Shown one piece after another: positions 14,356 through 15,530 of a stretch of 15,530 nt of DNA; within the stretch, counting starts at the first letter, position 1; each line of letters starts with the position of its first letter. The notes beneath the pieces were generated by a model that did no database searches, had not been told where the DNA came from, and saw only the letters and a list, made by a program, of their open reading frames with translations. A program made the translations under genes and the position numbers. Source of the DNA: a virus (taxonomy: Duplodnaviria; Heunggongvirae; Uroviricota; Caudoviricetes); IMG/VR virus record IMGVR_UViG_3300012346_000220, positions 83,826 through 99,355 of that record; one strand, 5' to 3'.

Positions 14356-14681
14356 TCAACGATTTTTGCGCTGCAAGTAACGGCTGTGTAGCAGTTGTAT
14401 TTACTCATTTCAAAGATGTTGCCGTTTAATGATTTGCACTCAGGTGCGGTTGTCTTGGCGTTAGGTGGGATTTGATTCCTAATTGCCTGGATTGCTGCCT
14501 CGACTGTTGCCACCTTTTCCCACGGTAAGAACTGGCAGGAATGTCCTACAACATCGCCTTTGGTCTTAATCGTGGTGTTGCCTACCAATTGCCCGTCTGA
14601 TTGGGTTGTTTGGTCGTGTGGCAAGAATGTCGAGCATCCTGTCATTAGGATGGCGGCTGTAATGGTGATGATGGTTTTCAT
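14352..14681 (-). CDS. Lipoprotein with RcsF-like four-cysteine domain
   Basis: 109 aa; signal peptide ending LMTG-C16; LVG...GDVVGHSCQ and CYTAVTC match the RcsF pattern as recalled; AAGGA RBS. Confidence 0.7.
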   Translation of the reverse strand: MKTIITITAAILMTGCSTFLPHDQTTQSDGQLVGNTTIKTKGDVVGHSCQFLPWEKVATVEAAIQAIRNQIPPNAKTTAPECKSLNGNIFEMSKYNCYTAVTCSAKIVE

Positions 14682-14833
14682 TTGGATTTCCTTTGGTTTT
14701 TGTCAATCTTTACCGCTGTTTCATTTGTGGTGAATCTGCATCCGTTAGCGCATTCGTAGCGTCTGTAGGTTCCTTGTGGTCTTTGGCGCGTTTCAAGAAC
14801 AAAGCTCCATGTTTTGCATTGTGGGCATTTCAT
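14678..14833 (-). CDS. Stand-alone zinc-ribbon protein, 51 aa (NrdR N-terminal / Ogr-Delta-like; not in ORF track)
   Basis: MKCPQCKTWSFVLETRQRPQGTYRRYECANGCRFTTNETAVKIDKNQRKSK; C-x2-C-x21-C-x3-C; AAGGA RBS; ATGA overlaps at both ends. Confidence 0.8.
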   Translation of the reverse strand: MKCPQCKTWSFVLETRQRPQGTYRRYECANGCRFTTNETAVKIDKNQRKSK

Positions 14834-14970
14834 GTCTTGGATTCCTTTATTGCATCACAAATCCCGTGAGCGCAAAGAGAAAAGACAAGCAAACATGGTG
14901 CAAGAAACGGGTGCATTAACCCGGCAATTACAGAAAGACAAAGACAACCGAAAAGCAGAATAGGGCTCAT
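14830..14970 (-). CDS. Small hydrophobic Cys-rich peptide, 46 aa (not in ORF track)
   Basis: MSPILLFGCLCLSVIAGLMHPFLAPCLLVFSLCAHGICDAIKESKT; ATGA overlaps at both ends fill the gap exactly. Confidence 0.65.
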   Translation of the reverse strand: MSPILLFGCLCLSVIAGLMHPFLAPCLLVFSLCAHGICDAIKESKT

Positions 14971-15242
14971 GGCTGGCTTTTTTCTGTGATGCTGTGGGCG
15001 TCAATTTGTCCAAGTTTTAGCGCGGTGTAACCAGTGGCCGTTTTCACCAAGGTCAACCCATGCTGTCGCAAAGCCTCCGAAATCTGTTGCTCATCCGTCT
15101 GCGGCACAGGTGCTGGCTGTGCTGACAGAGATTCAAGCGCCTCTCTTGCGGCTTGAAGCGCAACGGTGGTGGTGTGAATTGGCCTTGTCTGCTCAACGTG
15201 ATACTCCATCATGCTGATAAGGTCTTCAATCAGTTGTTTCAT
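14967..15242 (-). CDS. Hypothetical phage protein
   Basis: 91 aa; ATGA-coupled on both sides; helical N-half and AQPAPVP linker. Confidence 0.7.
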   Translation of the reverse strand: MKQLIEDLISMMEYHVEQTRPIHTTTVALQAAREALESLSAQPAPVPQTDEQQISEALRQHGLTLVKTATGYTALKLGQIDAHSITEKSQP

Positions 15243-15530
15243 GTGTTCTTCTCCTTGAGTTTGGCTTCAATGGCTTTGACAACCATTACAAAGTTATCAA
15301 TCTTGCACATATCGCAATCTTCAAGGCCGTTTTCCGATGACCACCAGTTTCTGATTTCCTCATCCGTCAGCCAAACCCATTGCCGCTGTGCTGCGGGTGG
15401 GGTGGTGTAGAGGGGCGTTGCGTCATCCCAGCATTTCGATTCGTAATAGATGCGAATTCCGTTTTCATCCCTGTACCACGCCACAGGCTCCTGCACAGGT
15501 GCTGCAAGGGCTTTAAGTCCTGCCTCTACA
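15239..15530 (-). CDS. Hypothetical phage protein of EPVAW...PLYT type (5' end outside the window)
   Basis: The frame stays open upstream of GTG 15496 to the edge (VEAGLKALAAPVQEPVAW); QEPVAW, PLYTTPP, WVWLTDEE and AIEAKLKEKNT are motifs I recall from small accessory phage proteins. Confidence 0.7.
   Translation of the reverse strand, partial: VEAGLKALAAPVQEPVAWYRDENGIRIYYESKCWDDATPLYTTPPAAQRQWVWLTDEEIRNWWSSENGLEDCDMCKIDNFVMVVKAIEAKLKEKNT

Larger units (their letters stand above)
1..15530 (-). mobile_element. Late (packaging, head, neck, start of tail) region of an HK97/lambda-like siphovirus or prophage
   Basis: Co-oriented, tightly coupled genes in the order HNH, terS, terL, protease-capsid, portal, connector, closure, gp10-like, tail terminator, tail tube. 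No integrase or att site in the window, so prophage versus free phage is undecided. Confidence 0.97.

Noticed and set aside
14352-14970. Lipoprotein plus hydrophobic peptide as a spanin pair
   Set aside because: No i-spanin with a periplasmic coiled coil, the lipoprotein is not Pro-rich and has no C-terminal TM, and the genes are not nested or adjacent.
1697-15410. Remaining plus-strand ORFs and short nested minus-strand ORFs in the track
   Set aside because: All lie within well-supported minus-strand genes and show no motifs or convincing initiation signals.
1-15530. CRISPR array, tRNA/rRNA, IS element, integrase, reverse transcriptase/DGR
   Set aside because: None seen by eye; the only tandem repeats are protein-coding. 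tRNAscan or Infernal would be needed to exclude small RNAs formally.

Overview
The window is a continuous minus-strand late operon of an HK97/lambda-like siphovirus, either a prophage or a genome read across its cos site. Reading right to left: small accessory ORFs (two missed by the ORF track: a 46-aa hydrophobic peptide and a 51-aa zinc ribbon), an RcsF-like lipoprotein, packaging HNH nuclease, probable cos region, small and large terminase, fused prohead protease-major capsid protein, a small ORF and portal. An unusual 5.2-kb cassette follows (collagen-like fibre, three small membrane proteins, a small beta protein, a 909-aa fibre-like protein). Then come a coiled-coil/collagen protein, head-tail connector, head closure, HK97 gp10-like protein, tail terminator and the 5' part of the tail tube gene (also missed by the track). 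Most notable: (i) a lipoprotein matching the RcsF cysteine pattern; (ii) a TTCATK-N8-GTWWAAA motif in front of three structural transcription units, with a stand-alone zinc ribbon as candidate activator; (iii) a protease-capsid ORF with an apparently leaderless start plus a strong internal restart; (iv) the fibre/membrane cassette between portal and connector. All family assignments come from motif recognition by eye and recall; no searches were run. All plus-strand ORFs look like antisense shadows.
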